Below, in pieces: positions 1 to 9,307 of a DNA stretch of 64,000 bases (within the stretch, counting starts at the first letter, position 1; every line of letters starts with the position of its first letter). Below the pieces are notes generated by a model. The model was given only the letters and a program-made list of their open reading frames with translations. It had not been told where the DNA came from and searched no databases. The translations under genes were made by a program, and so were the position numbers. Source of the stretch: Nannocystales bacterium (GTDB lineage: Bacteria; Myxococcota_A; Polyangia; Nannocystales; Nannocystaceae); contig JBOEGF010000004.1 of the NCBI GenBank assembly GCA_050633305.1, positions 287,929 to 351,928 on the forward strand. The letters run 5' to 3'.

Positions 1-1
1 C

Positions 2-2671
2 CAAGGGCGCGCCGGTGGCCAGGTCGACACCATTGATCACCTGTCGCATCGCGCCCTCGAACGTGGGCGAGACGCCTCCCGGTAGACGCCCGTGTTCGGC
101 GACTGCGGTGATCTGGTGACCGCCGACCGAGTCCCGCGTCGGGAACTTGGGGCGCGTGTTCTGCAGCAGGTCCGCCTTGCGTGCGCTACTCGCATCGGGG
201 TTGACGATGGCGGTGGCCATGAGGCCGAACGGAAGGGTCGTACGTAGACCCACCCTTTGACCGGCTTCGAACTCGGCCTGGGTCCTCTCGAGGGCCTCGT
301 CAGGCACGATGGGTGTCAGCCGCTGCGAGCGAACCCCCACGACACTCGGGCCCCCGTCGGTCGCGGAGGCTAGCGGAGTGGGAAACCAGCCCAGGGTGGC
401 GACGTCTTGGTCCACGTCGAGGGTACGGACCGGCTCCCACTGGATGGCGGGCAAGGTCATCACCACCATGCGGGCCAACGCGGCCTGGACGTCGAGTCCG
501 TCCACGGCGAACGAAGCCGAAACCCCGGGCACGAGGTGGGAGGCCGCGACGCGCGGCTCGTCCCGGTTGTGCGCCTCGAGGGCGACGCCAAGCAAGTCCT
601 GGTTGGTCGAGACGTCGAGGAGGGCCACATTGGGCCGAGCCGGATGGAACTTGCTCCAGACGGCGCCGAGTAGGTCCATCGACTCCTTGTTCGACCGGCT
701 CGCCGCATCCAGCCGCTTCGCACGGCTGTCCTGTTCCTTGCTCTGGGCCTTGTCCCAGCGGGCCTGCTCGCGCTCCGAGAGTTGCAGCCGATGTTGATCG
801 ACCTGGGTGAGTCCGAGGGCGACCGGCCGTCGGTCGTGGTCGTCCTGCTGCGGGCCCATGCCACGGACGGGTTTCGCGAGGGTGCGGCCGAGCTGTCCCT
901 CGAAGGAGACCGACACGGTCTCCGGGTTCGACCAGGCGATCTCCGCCACGAGTCGACCGGTCGGGGACGGACGGTCCGCGCCAGGCGAGCTGGCACACAC
1001 GTTCGAGACGTAGGGATCGGGAAGGGTCGGGCACCAGCCATACGCACCCATCAACAGGGCCGCGCGCCCCTTCTCGATCGTCTGCCCGCGGCCCCGCTGG
1101 CCCTGGGCCACGATGTAGACCGGCTTGCTCACCCAGACGAGCCCGTTCCGCAGCGCGAGCTGCATGGCCGCCTGCGGCGACTCCTCGACCACCATCAACG
1201 TCGCCTCGACCCGCTTGTCTCGCCGAAGCAGCGCGAACAGGCCCCGTCCTCGCGCGGCAGGGATCGGCTCGGCGTCCGTCTGCAGGGGGCGGTCGAGCCC
1301 GGCGAGGCCTTCACCGGAGACCGCGAAGGCCTCGCCGGCGACGAGGTCGCACGCATGAAGCAGCACGAAGGGCGCGGGGTGGCGATGCGTCCACGGAAGC
1401 CGGCCGCCGGCTCCGCGCGCCTCCCACAGGACATGGTCGAAGACAACCGCGGGGGACAAGGCGGCGACGTCGTTCGCGAAGAGCATCGTGCCGCTGGCCG
1501 AGATGCCGAGCCAGGCCTGCGCGATCGCGTGGAAGCGCTCGTCTGGCGAATACCAGCGGCACGAGAACTCGCGCAGGTCGAGCAAGAACTGAGGTGCGAC
1601 CGAGGCTTCGTCCAGGACCGCCGGATCGGCGACCGACACCACGGGGAAGCCGAGGCCCCCCCTCTCGATGCGGGCCTTGCCGGTGAACGTCGCCAGCGCG
1701 TCGGAGAACGGCTCGAAGGAGAACGTGTCGGGCTCGACTGCATAGTGCAGCACGGCCGTCCATCGATCGGTGATGTACGACCACGTCGAGCGGGGCTCCT
1801 TGAAGTGAAAGGTCTGGTCCCACGCCGTGGCACGGCCCGAGGAGCCCTTGATGCGAAGCGCTCCGTCCTTGAACGCGAACACGAGTTTCTCGGGCAGCTC
1901 GATCGTCGCGCCTGCGGCGCGGCACCCCCCGTCCTGGGGCTGGACGGTCGGCGTCTGGAGCTCGAGCGTCAGCGTTCCCGTGAGAGCACCGCCGAGCTCC
2001 ACTGTGTCGCCGTCGACGGATGCTGCGCCGGAGAGCGCGAGACTCCCGTCGCGTATCTGGATGCCGACGTAGGCATTGGCCGGCAGCGCGCTGCTGATCA
2101 GATCACCCCGAACCCAGACGGTGCCCGCCTGCAGATCGAGTGTCGTCGTGCCGCGAGATGTCCGCGGTCGATGGGCGCGACTCAACGCGAGCAACGGGCG
2201 GGGCTCCCCCGTACGCACGACCGTCATCGCCTTCGCGGCGAAGAACGCCTCGAACCACACTTCGCGCGCGCCGAGATTGAACGGGCCGACCCGCTCGCTC
2301 ACACGCAGGCCACTGAGACGGTCGACGGCCAACAAGCTCGTGGCGCCATCGTCCTCGACGCGGCGCATCTCGACGACGTCGGTCTCCGCGCCTTCACGCT
2401 GGTCTTCGCGCTCCGCGATGTCTGCTCGAAGCGTCTGGCCGAGGGTCTCGAGCGCCTCCTCGTCGAGCGCCACACGAAGGGGTTGTGCGACGCCCGCGAG
2501 GCCGCGGACCAGCACGGGCTCGTCCTCCGAGGCTGCGGGCCGGGCGAGAAGCGACGAAGCGAGAGCTTGAACCCGAGAGAGCTTCGCCGGGTCGGAGGGT
2601 AGAGTCAGGTCGGAGGTTAGGCGGGCAACCTTCTCCACGACGGTGTTGGGGATGCGTTTTGGCGACGACAT
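2..2671 (-). CDS. Large hypothetical protein (>=890 aa), 3' end runs off the window
   Basis: Manual translation from ATG at 2671 (MSSPKRIPNTVVEKVARL...) shows no stop before the edge, which explains its absence from the ORF track. Codon usage is high-GC3. The + strand 782..2602 ORF is its antisense shadow. Motif-like blocks: WCPTLPDPY, LLDVSTNQDLLGV, LPAIQWEPV, DGGP, TLPFGL. Confidence 0.8.
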   Translation of the reverse strand, partial: MSSPKRIPNTVVEKVARLTSDLTLPSDPAKLSRVQALASSLLARPAASEDEPVLVRGLAGVAQPLRVALDEEALETLGQTLRADIAEREDQREGAETDVVEMRRVEDDGATSLLAVDRLSGLRVSERVGPFNLGAREVWFEAFFAAKAMTVVRTGEPRPLLALSRAHRPRTSRGTTTLDLQAGTVWVRGDLISSALPANAYVGIQIRDGSLALSGAASVDGDTVELGGALTGTLTLELQTPTVQPQDGGCRAAGATIELPEKLVFAFKDGALRIKGSSGRATAWDQTFHFKEPRSTWSYITDRWTAVLHYAVEPDTFSFEPFSDALATFTGKARIERGGLGFPVVSVADPAVLDEASVAPQFLLDLREFSCRWYSPDERFHAIAQAWLGISASGTMLFANDVAALSPAVVFDHVLWEARGAGGRLPWTHRHPAPFVLLHACDLVAGEAFAVSGEGLAGLDRPLQTDAEPIPAARGRGLFALLRRDKRVEATLMVVEESPQAAMQLALRNGLVWVSKPVYIVAQGQRGRGQTIEKGRAALLMGAYGWCPTLPDPYVSNVCASSPGADRPSPTGRLVAEIAWSNPETVSVSFEGQLGRTLAKPVRGMGPQQDDHDRRPVALGLTQVDQHRLQLSEREQARWDKAQSKEQDSRAKRLDAASRSNKESMDLLGAVWSKFHPARPNVALLDVSTNQDLLGVALEAHNRDEPRVAASHLVPGVSASFAVDGLDVQAALARMVVMTLPAIQWEPVRTLDVDQDVATLGWFPTPLASATDGGPSVVGVRSQRLTPIVPDEALERTQAEFEAGQRVGLRTTLPFGLMATAIVNPDASSARKADLLQNTRPKFPTRDSVGGHQITAVAEHGRLPGGVSPTFEGAMRQVINGVDLATGAPL

Positions 2672-2817
2672 GGGACTTGTGGGGGGGGGAGCAGTCGGTG
2701 GTTGCGCGGACGACAGGCAAGCGTCGGCGGCCCGCGTGAAGTCGCGGCACGCAGGCGTGCGTCACCGTCACGCACGGCCGGGCGCGTGCATGCGGTCAGG
2801 TTCAGGAGCTGACAAGG

Positions 2818-2837
2818 CGGCCGCGTCGACGCGGCCG
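2818..2837. repeat. Perfect 20-bp palindrome CGGCCGCGTCGACGCGGCCG (possible hairpin or operator)
   Basis: Self-complementary, 4 nt downstream of the stop of the 2842..3888 gene; no U-tract. Confidence 0.5.
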
Positions 2838-2841
2838 GAGT

Positions 2842-3888
2842 TCAGGTCTCGAGCAGGCCCAGGCTGGCGTCCTCGAGCAAGGACCCGAGGGCCGCCCCCT
2901 GGTCGTCGAGCAGCTGGGTGGCGTTCAACGCGTCTCTTACAATCCGCGGCCGTGCACGCTCAGCTTCGATCCGAAACGACTCGAACAGCTCGAGGATGCG
3001 TCCGACGTCGCGCGGGTCGATGCCGGGCAGCGTCGTGAGGTCGTTGGGGATGAGAATCGGTCCGGGCCCGGTCGGCGGATCCGTCGGTTTGGTGGGAGTG
3101 AGGATCGGTTCGGGGAGCCCATTGCCATTGCCTCGGTCCTCCGCCGCGTGGGCGTTGTCGACCCGAAGCTGGAACGTGTGGCTTGGGCCCCGCTTGACGT
3201 TGATCGTCACGTCGATGACCCCACCGCCGGGCATGTTGGCGAACGGGAAGGAACTGCAGAATTTGGTTCCGACCCGCTCTCCGTCGTCCTCCCATGGGGT
3301 GGACGTCCAGTCGCCAGCGGGTGCCGATGTGATGCTTACGTCCTCGAGTCCCTTCCAAAACACGCAGACCTGGAAAGTGGAGCTGTCCGCTGCGGCGTAG
3401 TCCAGCTGCTGCCACACGCCGTCGGTGCGCCGTACCCAGTATTCGCGTCCAATCAGCTCGGTGGCTGCGCCCGGCGGGGTGCCGTCGCCGCTTTGCTCAT
3501 AGACCGCAATACCACCAGACTCGTTCGTCGCCAGCAGCCACACGACCGGACTTGGCGCCTTCCGACTCCGAACCAGGTGCAGCATCAGCGCATGGGCCCC
3601 TTCGCTCGGGGGCGGCACATCCGGCCGCGGTGCGAGGATCGGCTTCGCACGCTGCAGTCGAGACTGGAGCTCCGCGAGCGTGAGCTTCGGGGCGATCACC
3701 TTCAGCTTCGCCTCGAGGGCGCTTGCGTGTTTCTCAACCGCACCAACCCACTCTTGGAGGGCTTGGACGACGGCGGTCCGGGAGGGCGGCAGGCGTTTCG
3801 AGCGGTCAAGGTCGCTCGCGAGCGCCAGGAGCTGCTCGGCTTCGAGGACGGAGGCGCGAAGTTTGGATGGGGTGCCGGTTTTCTTCAT
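2842..3888 (-). CDS. Hypothetical protein (helical N-terminus, beta-rich core, Pro-rich linker)
   Basis: 348-aa ORF whose ATG overlaps the kinase stop (ATGA at 3885-3888); natural composition. Confidence 0.75.
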   Translation of the reverse strand: MKKTGTPSKLRASVLEAEQLLALASDLDRSKRLPPSRTAVVQALQEWVGAVEKHASALEAKLKVIAPKLTLAELQSRLQRAKPILAPRPDVPPPSEGAHALMLHLVRSRKAPSPVVWLLATNESGGIAVYEQSGDGTPPGAATELIGREYWVRRTDGVWQQLDYAAADSSTFQVCVFWKGLEDVSITSAPAGDWTSTPWEDDGERVGTKFCSSFPFANMPGGGVIDVTINVKRGPSHTFQLRVDNAHAAEDRGNGNGLPEPILTPTKPTDPPTGPGPILIPNDLTTLPGIDPRDVGRILELFESFRIEAERARPRIVRDALNATQLLDDQGAALGSLLEDASLGLLET

Positions 3889-6590
3889 GGGTCGTCGCTT
3901 TCCGCGGAGGAAGAGAGGCCTCGATGCAGGCGATCGAGCTTCTCCCGGTAGGCCGCATCTTGGGTGGAGTTGGTTGCGTATCGGGCCTCGTGGAGCCGTA
4001 GCCGTCGGCGCGCCCCGTCGGCGTTCCCGTTGTGGGCGAGGTATGAGATCAGGATCAGTTCGTCATCTCGCGCGGCCGTGGACAAAGGCGGGCGGGCGGT
4101 GTCATGAGACTCCACCAGGAGGGCCGCGGCCGCCTCGGCGCGCGCCCAGTCGGCGCGAGCGTGCTGAACGTTTCGCGCCACGCGGAGCGCTTCCACGCGG
4201 TGTGCCTGGGGGAAGTCATCGAGCGTCTCGAGGATGTTTACGAGTTCGGTCGCATCGTGAGCCACGGCGGGTCCAACATTCTCTTCCTCGAGGAGCTCGA
4301 CGCGGGTCCGAAGGGTTAGCGCCCACGCGAACGGAGCGCTGAGACGACCATGGACGACCTCGCTCAACGTGGTGGCCGCTGCGGCGTGCTCCCTGGCCAC
4401 CATCAGATGACGGCGCCGTGCCGCGGCCCCTGAGGCGGCCTTCGCTGCGCGCACGTGCACGCCTGCGGTGCGCACCCGGGCGTCGACGAGCAGGGGGTGC
4501 TCTGTGCTTCCCAGGGACTGGACTCGATCGGCGAAGGCACGGTCCGCGAGGAGTGTCGCTTCGTCGTGTCGATCCTGCGCCGAGAGCATCTCGGCGAGAA
4601 ACTCTCGGGCCGCCGCGCTGCCCAGGGCCCCGTCCTCGATCTCCGCGAACCGCTCTGCAGCGTCCTGGTAGGCCTCCGCCGCGGACGTCAGCTGCCCCTT
4701 GCCTTGGGCGAGGTGACCTTCGAGAACTGTCAGCTCGGCCCGCAGCCGCGGTCGCTCCGCCAAGCGCGCGAGCTGAGCGCGGGCGAGTGCCAGCACCGGC
4801 GAAGCCGCTTCGACCCGGCCCTCGACGATGAGGGTTTCGGTCAGGTGGTATTGGATCGAGTAGGTGAGCTGCGCCTGTCCTTGGCGCTGGGCCAGCTCCA
4901 GCGCCTCCAGCAGGACGTCGATCGCGGTCTGGGCGTCTCCACGGCGGGCAGCGAGGACGCCCAGTCGATGGAGCGCCTCCGCGCCGAACGCTTCGTGATC
5001 TGCCGCTCGCGCTCGAGCCAACGCCTTCTGCGCGGCGTCGCGGCTTTGCGCGTAGCGTCCCAGGATCCACGACGTCTCGGCGTCTTCGATGCTTCGCTCG
5101 AGCGCCGTGCGCGTTGAATTGTCCAGGGGCTCGGGCCGCGCCCCCACAGGGCTGACGTACCCGCAGCGCTCCGGGTTGTCGGGCAGCACGCGGGCGAGGC
5201 GTGGGCTCAGGAGCGCCTCGGACACGTCCGCGCTCCAAGCGACGCGTCGCGTCAGGCGTCGCTCCCAGCGGGCGAAACAATGGTCGCGGGCTTCGGCCGT
5301 CGCGTCATCGACGAGACCTGCGGCGTGCTGCCGGCAGCTCTCGGTTCGTGCGGCCGCCCACCGATTGAGGCTTCGATGGGTCCGGCGGTGCATCTCGGCC
5401 ACCAAGACGGCGGACGGTTCCGAGGTTGCCCTTGCCTTCATCTGCTCCCAGTGCGGCGCGAGGGTGTCCTCAAGGCCGGCCGCATTCCACACTTGGCAGG
5501 GACCGGTATCGGGTCGGGCGACCGCGTACGCGGAGGGCAGGGCGGCCGCCAGCACCAGCAGGGTGATGAGTGTGCCTCGCCGGCGCCGCTGGTGTGCGAT
5601 GAGGGCTTCGGTCAGCGCCTCCATGTCTGGATAGCGAGCGGCGGGTTCTGGGTCGGTGCCGCGCGTGAGCACGCGACGAAGCCACCGTGGGGCGCGGACG
5701 GGCTCGGGCTCCGCCGCGGCCTCTTCGGTGACAGGAGAGACCGTGGGCAGCGGGACGGGGCATAGCGTGCCGCCGAGTGCCTCTAGGACGACCCTGCAGA
5801 ACGCAAACTGGTCGGACTTCGCCGACGCCTCGCCGTAGAACTGCTCGGGCGCCATGTACTCCGGCGTTCCCAGGGTCGAGGCCGTCGACAGAGCGTCGGT
5901 CTCAACCGGGCCCTCAGAGGGGGTCGGAATCTCGCCGTGGCGGTCGACCCTCGCAATGCCGAAGTCCGCCACCACGACCCGCTGGCGTGCCTCGTCGAAC
6001 ATCACGTTCTCCGGCTTGAAGTCCCGGTGCACGATGCCCGCCTCATGGGCGGCCGCGAGAGCACGCGCGGCGGGCAACAAGCGTTCGAGCACCGCCGACC
6101 AGCCCAGCGCCGGCGCCTCGCGGATCCAGCCCCGCAGGGACGCACCCTCGACTCGCTCCATCGCAAGGAAGCGCCGGCCCTGTATCACGCCCGCGTGATG
6201 CACCCGCACCACGTTGGGATGATCGATCCGCGCCAACACGCGTGCCTCTCGCTGGAAGCGGCGGTCGTCGGCCTCGGAGCGACTGCGGTCGGGGTGGAGC
6301 ACCTTGAGCGCCACGCGACGCTCGAGGTCGAGGTCGAGAGCATCGTAGACCTGTCCAAACGAGCCCTCGCCCAGAAGAGAGACCACACAGAAACGCCCGA
6401 ACTGGTTGCCCTTGTCCAAGGCCGGGGGTGTGTCGATGAAGTCCGCCCCGGCGGCGGTCGCGATGCGGACGAGTTCGATGAGCCGGCGTGCTCGAGCCTC
6501 GTCTCCCGCGCACACGGCTTCGACTGCCGCTTCCCGCTCATCGACCGGAAGGTCCATGACCCGGTCGAAAAGTTCGGGGTCGTCAGCCAT
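3885..6590 (-). CDS. Membrane Hanks-type Ser/Thr protein kinase with C-terminal TPR-like repeats
   Basis: Motifs LGEGSFGQVY, VALK, HRDFKPEN, DFG, GTPEYMAPE, then a TM segment, a Cys-containing region and helical repeats. Start placed at MADDPELF (6590), overlapping the ECF stop. Confidence 0.92.
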   Translation of the reverse strand: MADDPELFDRVMDLPVDEREAAVEAVCAGDEARARRLIELVRIATAAGADFIDTPPALDKGNQFGRFCVVSLLGEGSFGQVYDALDLDLERRVALKVLHPDRSRSEADDRRFQREARVLARIDHPNVVRVHHAGVIQGRRFLAMERVEGASLRGWIREAPALGWSAVLERLLPAARALAAAHEAGIVHRDFKPENVMFDEARQRVVVADFGIARVDRHGEIPTPSEGPVETDALSTASTLGTPEYMAPEQFYGEASAKSDQFAFCRVVLEALGGTLCPVPLPTVSPVTEEAAAEPEPVRAPRWLRRVLTRGTDPEPAARYPDMEALTEALIAHQRRRRGTLITLLVLAAALPSAYAVARPDTGPCQVWNAAGLEDTLAPHWEQMKARATSEPSAVLVAEMHRRTHRSLNRWAAARTESCRQHAAGLVDDATAEARDHCFARWERRLTRRVAWSADVSEALLSPRLARVLPDNPERCGYVSPVGARPEPLDNSTRTALERSIEDAETSWILGRYAQSRDAAQKALARARAADHEAFGAEALHRLGVLAARRGDAQTAIDVLLEALELAQRQGQAQLTYSIQYHLTETLIVEGRVEAASPVLALARAQLARLAERPRLRAELTVLEGHLAQGKGQLTSAAEAYQDAAERFAEIEDGALGSAAAREFLAEMLSAQDRHDEATLLADRAFADRVQSLGSTEHPLLVDARVRTAGVHVRAAKAASGAAARRRHLMVAREHAAAATTLSEVVHGRLSAPFAWALTLRTRVELLEEENVGPAVAHDATELVNILETLDDFPQAHRVEALRVARNVQHARADWARAEAAAALLVESHDTARPPLSTAARDDELILISYLAHNGNADGARRRLRLHEARYATNSTQDAAYREKLDRLHRGLSSSAESDDP

Positions 6591-7179
6591 CGCTGGCCTC
6601 CTGTCTCGGGCGCTGGAGTCGAGCGTTGAGATGGGCACGCCCGTAGCGAAGCCAGCGAGCGACCGTCGACTGCGGTAGGTCGACCTCGGACGCGATCTCT
6701 CGGGTGGTGCAACCCAAGACGAAGCCAAGCTCGAGGACCCGCGCGAGCTGGGCCGGCTCGCTGACGTTGACGTCGGCCGCCTCGCCGCGGCGCAGTTCGG
6801 CGAGTGCGTCCAAGATGTCGAGCAGGCTCTCGGGATCGTCGTCGAAGGCAAGCAGCGCGTCGTCGTAGAACACCCGTGCCCGCGCTTGCCCGTCGGGTCG
6901 CTTGGCCGAGCGCTTGCGGCGGCCGTGATCGGTGAGCGCGTTGTGCATCACCGTGCGGAGCATCGGCACGATCGACGTAGGGTCGCCGCGCATCTGCTCC
7001 GCGCACGCGCTACCCAGCAGCCGCGAAAACGCTTCGTTGACCAACGTGTGCGTGTTCCAGGTCTCTCGGCCGCGTGAGCGCAGGACGGCACGTGCGATCG
7101 TGCGTGCCTGTTGGTACACGGTCCGCATCACCGCGGCGTCCGGCTCTGGGGCCGCACGACGTTGTCGATCCTTGGCCAT
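6583..7179 (-). CDS. ECF sigma factor of the kinase-associated type
   Basis: TWNTHTLVNEAF resembles the TLQxTALVHEAY block of this group; also LTDHGRRKRSAKR and a sigma4 HTH (TTREIASEVDLPQSTVARWLR). Directly upstream of the kinase. Confidence 0.85.
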   Translation of the reverse strand: MAKDRQRRAAPEPDAAVMRTVYQQARTIARAVLRSRGRETWNTHTLVNEAFSRLLGSACAEQMRGDPTSIVPMLRTVMHNALTDHGRRKRSAKRPDGQARARVFYDDALLAFDDDPESLLDILDALAELRRGEAADVNVSEPAQLARVLELGFVLGCTTREIASEVDLPQSTVARWLRYGRAHLNARLQRPRQEASDG

Positions 7180-7367
7180 CAGGACGACCAGCGTATGCCC
7201 ACGTATCGAGGCCGACAACGGGTGTGCCGAGCAGCTGACGCGGCAGACAGGAGCGGGCGGCATCACGATGTACGTACGAGTTCACCCGACTCGCTGAGCC
7301 ACGACGCGAATCAAGAAAAACTGCCGCGAGGAGGAAACATGCCCGTCGGCCTCCCCATGCGGGCTCC

Positions 7368-7862
7368 TTAGCAAGCCGGAGGCGAGAACAGGACCAACGT
7401 GTTTCCATAGCCGCAGGTTTGCGCTGCGTTGACCGGATGGGCTCCGTTCCATACCTCGGCGGTGACGCAGCTCTTCTCCGCACTGTCGAACGTGTTCAGC
7501 AGGGCGCCTTGCTCGTAGACCCGCAGACTCGCCATCCCCCCGGTCGCACACCCGGCGCCGGGTGGGACCCAGTAGTTGGAGGGCAGGGTGACCGGCGGCG
7601 TTGAGTAGTGGTACAGGGACGGGTTCGCCCACACGGGGCCCGTCGATGACGTGGTCGTCATGGCATGGATCGTGTCGTAGCTGTTGGTTGCGAAGTTGAA
7701 CGCCTGGACCGTGATCGTCTTGCCGCCACCTTGGGCCCAGCCTTCGACGTCGAATGGCACGGTCCGGGACTGCGTGGACTGGTCACTGGGGTCCGTGACG
7801 CAGCCCAGGGCCGTCAAGGCAAACAGGAACATCACGGGGCAACGGCTCTCTGAGATTCTCAT
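7368..7862 (-). CDS. Putative Cys-containing lipoprotein, unknown function
   Basis: Hydrophobic signal with lipobox-like ALGC; beta-rich mature part. Start uncertain. Confidence 0.7.
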   Translation of the reverse strand: MRISESRCPVMFLFALTALGCVTDPSDQSTQSRTVPFDVEGWAQGGGKTITVQAFNFATNSYDTIHAMTTTSSTGPVWANPSLYHYSTPPVTLPSNYWVPPGAGCATGGMASLRVYEQGALLNTFDSAEKSCVTAEVWNGAHPVNAAQTCGYGNTLVLFSPPAC

Positions 7863-8058
7863 TTGCGCGTGTCAGTGCGCTCAGCCGAGAATTTGTTCCC
7901 ATCTTTCGCGCACCCAAGCTCTGCCGCATCCCAGGCCAGACAGGCGGGCGATGAAGCCCATGCGCGAGGGCCACGGACCTCGAAATGGCACCAAAGCGGG
8001 CGCTGGTAGCCGAAGCACGCGTCCTAGCCCCTCCCGCATCACCGATCTGTGATTAGAC

Positions 8059-8072
8059 ATAATATACATTAT
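8059..8072. promoter_or_regulatory. AT-rich inverted repeat ATAAT-N4-ATTAT in divergent intergenic region
   Basis: Strongly AT-rich patch in GC-rich DNA, between divergent lipoprotein genes. Confidence 0.3.
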
Positions 8073-8239
8073 CGGAAAAGCGTGTGTGCCCGGCTCCGAG
8101 GGGGTCCAGCTGCCAGAGTCGACCTGCGTGCAGCCCCTGCCGTTGCGCTCGGACGTCCGCGAGCGTGGAGGAAAAGTGTACGTCAACGATGCGGAGGTAC
8201 ACATGGTTGCACCGACGGGTCGAACCTAACCTGGCGTGG

Positions 8240-9091
8240 ATGACAGTCCAGCAAACGCTGCGGTCCGCATCGACCATCTCCCTGGTCGCCGTCATGATGG
8301 CTTGCACTCCACAAGTCGACGCTCAGGGTTCCGGCGTCTCAGGTTCGACGACGGTCCAGAGTTCAGGAAGCTCGGGATCCGCGCCGTTCTCGGGCTCGGG
8401 CTCGGGCTCGGCCGAGTCCGGGACGACACGGAGCCAAGGCTCGACCACGACGCCTGGGGGTACGTATGACGGCGACGAAACGACGACCGGGTTCGCATCG
8501 TCGGACACCACAGAGACCTCCACCGGGACCTCCAGACTCGACTGCGACCCGCTGTGCGAGACTCTGCTCGAAGGAAGCTGCTTTGAGAGTCGAGGCAGCT
8601 GCGAGTTGTCGTGTGAAGAAACGGTTCGAGACCAGGGGCTCGCCGTGGCCCAAGCGTTCGCGTCTTGCGTCGCCTCCGAGCACCTGTGCTTCTCGCTCGT
8701 CGAGGACTGCATGTGGGCCGAGTTGTACGGTACCGACCCCGTGGACCAACTGTACACCTTTGAGGGAGAAGGATTCGATGCGTGGAACGGACGTACTGTG
8801 TTCGCCCGCGTCACGGGTGGCACCGCGAGTTCAGCGATGGAGTCGGATGTCGTCGTCGGTGGCCAGATCAGCATCGAGACCTCCATCAGCACGGCCTTTG
8901 AGCGGTTTGGCAACCCGCGGACGGTGTACCTGTTTGTGGACCTGAACGGCGACGGTATCTGCACTGCCGATTCCGATCATGCGCAAGCAGTCTGGCTCGA
9001 GCGCTTGGGCAGCGCATTTTCGACGCCCAACTTCATCATTCCTGGCACGGCGACGAAGCTCTCCTCGGGCGCCCTCTGCGACCAGTTCTAG
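8240..9091 (+). CDS. Putative lipoprotein (Ser/Gly/Thr linker, Cys-rich module, C-terminal domain with DxNxDG motif)
   Basis: Signal ending MMAC, low-complexity linker, Cys cluster and FVDLNGDGIC. Start chosen at MTVQQ. Confidence 0.7.
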   Translation: MTVQQTLRSASTISLVAVMMACTPQVDAQGSGVSGSTTVQSSGSSGSAPFSGSGSGSAESGTTRSQGSTTTPGGTYDGDETTTGFASSDTTETSTGTSRLDCDPLCETLLEGSCFESRGSCELSCEETVRDQGLAVAQAFASCVASEHLCFSLVEDCMWAELYGTDPVDQLYTFEGEGFDAWNGRTVFARVTGGTASSAMESDVVVGGQISIETSISTAFERFGNPRTVYLFVDLNGDGICTADSDHAQAVWLERLGSAFSTPNFIIPGTATKLSSGALCDQF

Positions 9092-9307
9092 GCTCGGCCG
9101 GGGTCGGGCGCGGAGGCACGGCGCCCTTCCCTGCGACTCTCGCTGACCAACCCTCGTCCGGAAGGCGCCTCGGGGTAACATGCCCCTAAAGGTCACCTTG
9201 GTTGCTCGTCCAACACGATTGACACCTCGTTGAGGACTTTGCGTGCCGATCTTACCGTGGCTGCGCGGGTCGTTTTCGGACGATCGGGCCGTGGTAGCGT
9301 CGGTTTT

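Noticed and set aside
782..2602. 606-aa + strand ORF
   Set aside because: Antisense shadow of the real minus-strand gene; Arg/His/Val-rich pattern typical of a reverse frame in high-GC DNA.
6591..6851. Extended N-termini in the ORF track (also 19028, 20320, 22225, 24718, 52526, 53971)
   Set aside because: They run deep into neighbouring genes; downstream starts with short stop/start overlaps or spacing fit better.
8388..8412. GGCTCG hexamer tandem repeat
   Set aside because: Encodes a Ser-Gly linker in frame; ordinary low-complexity tether.
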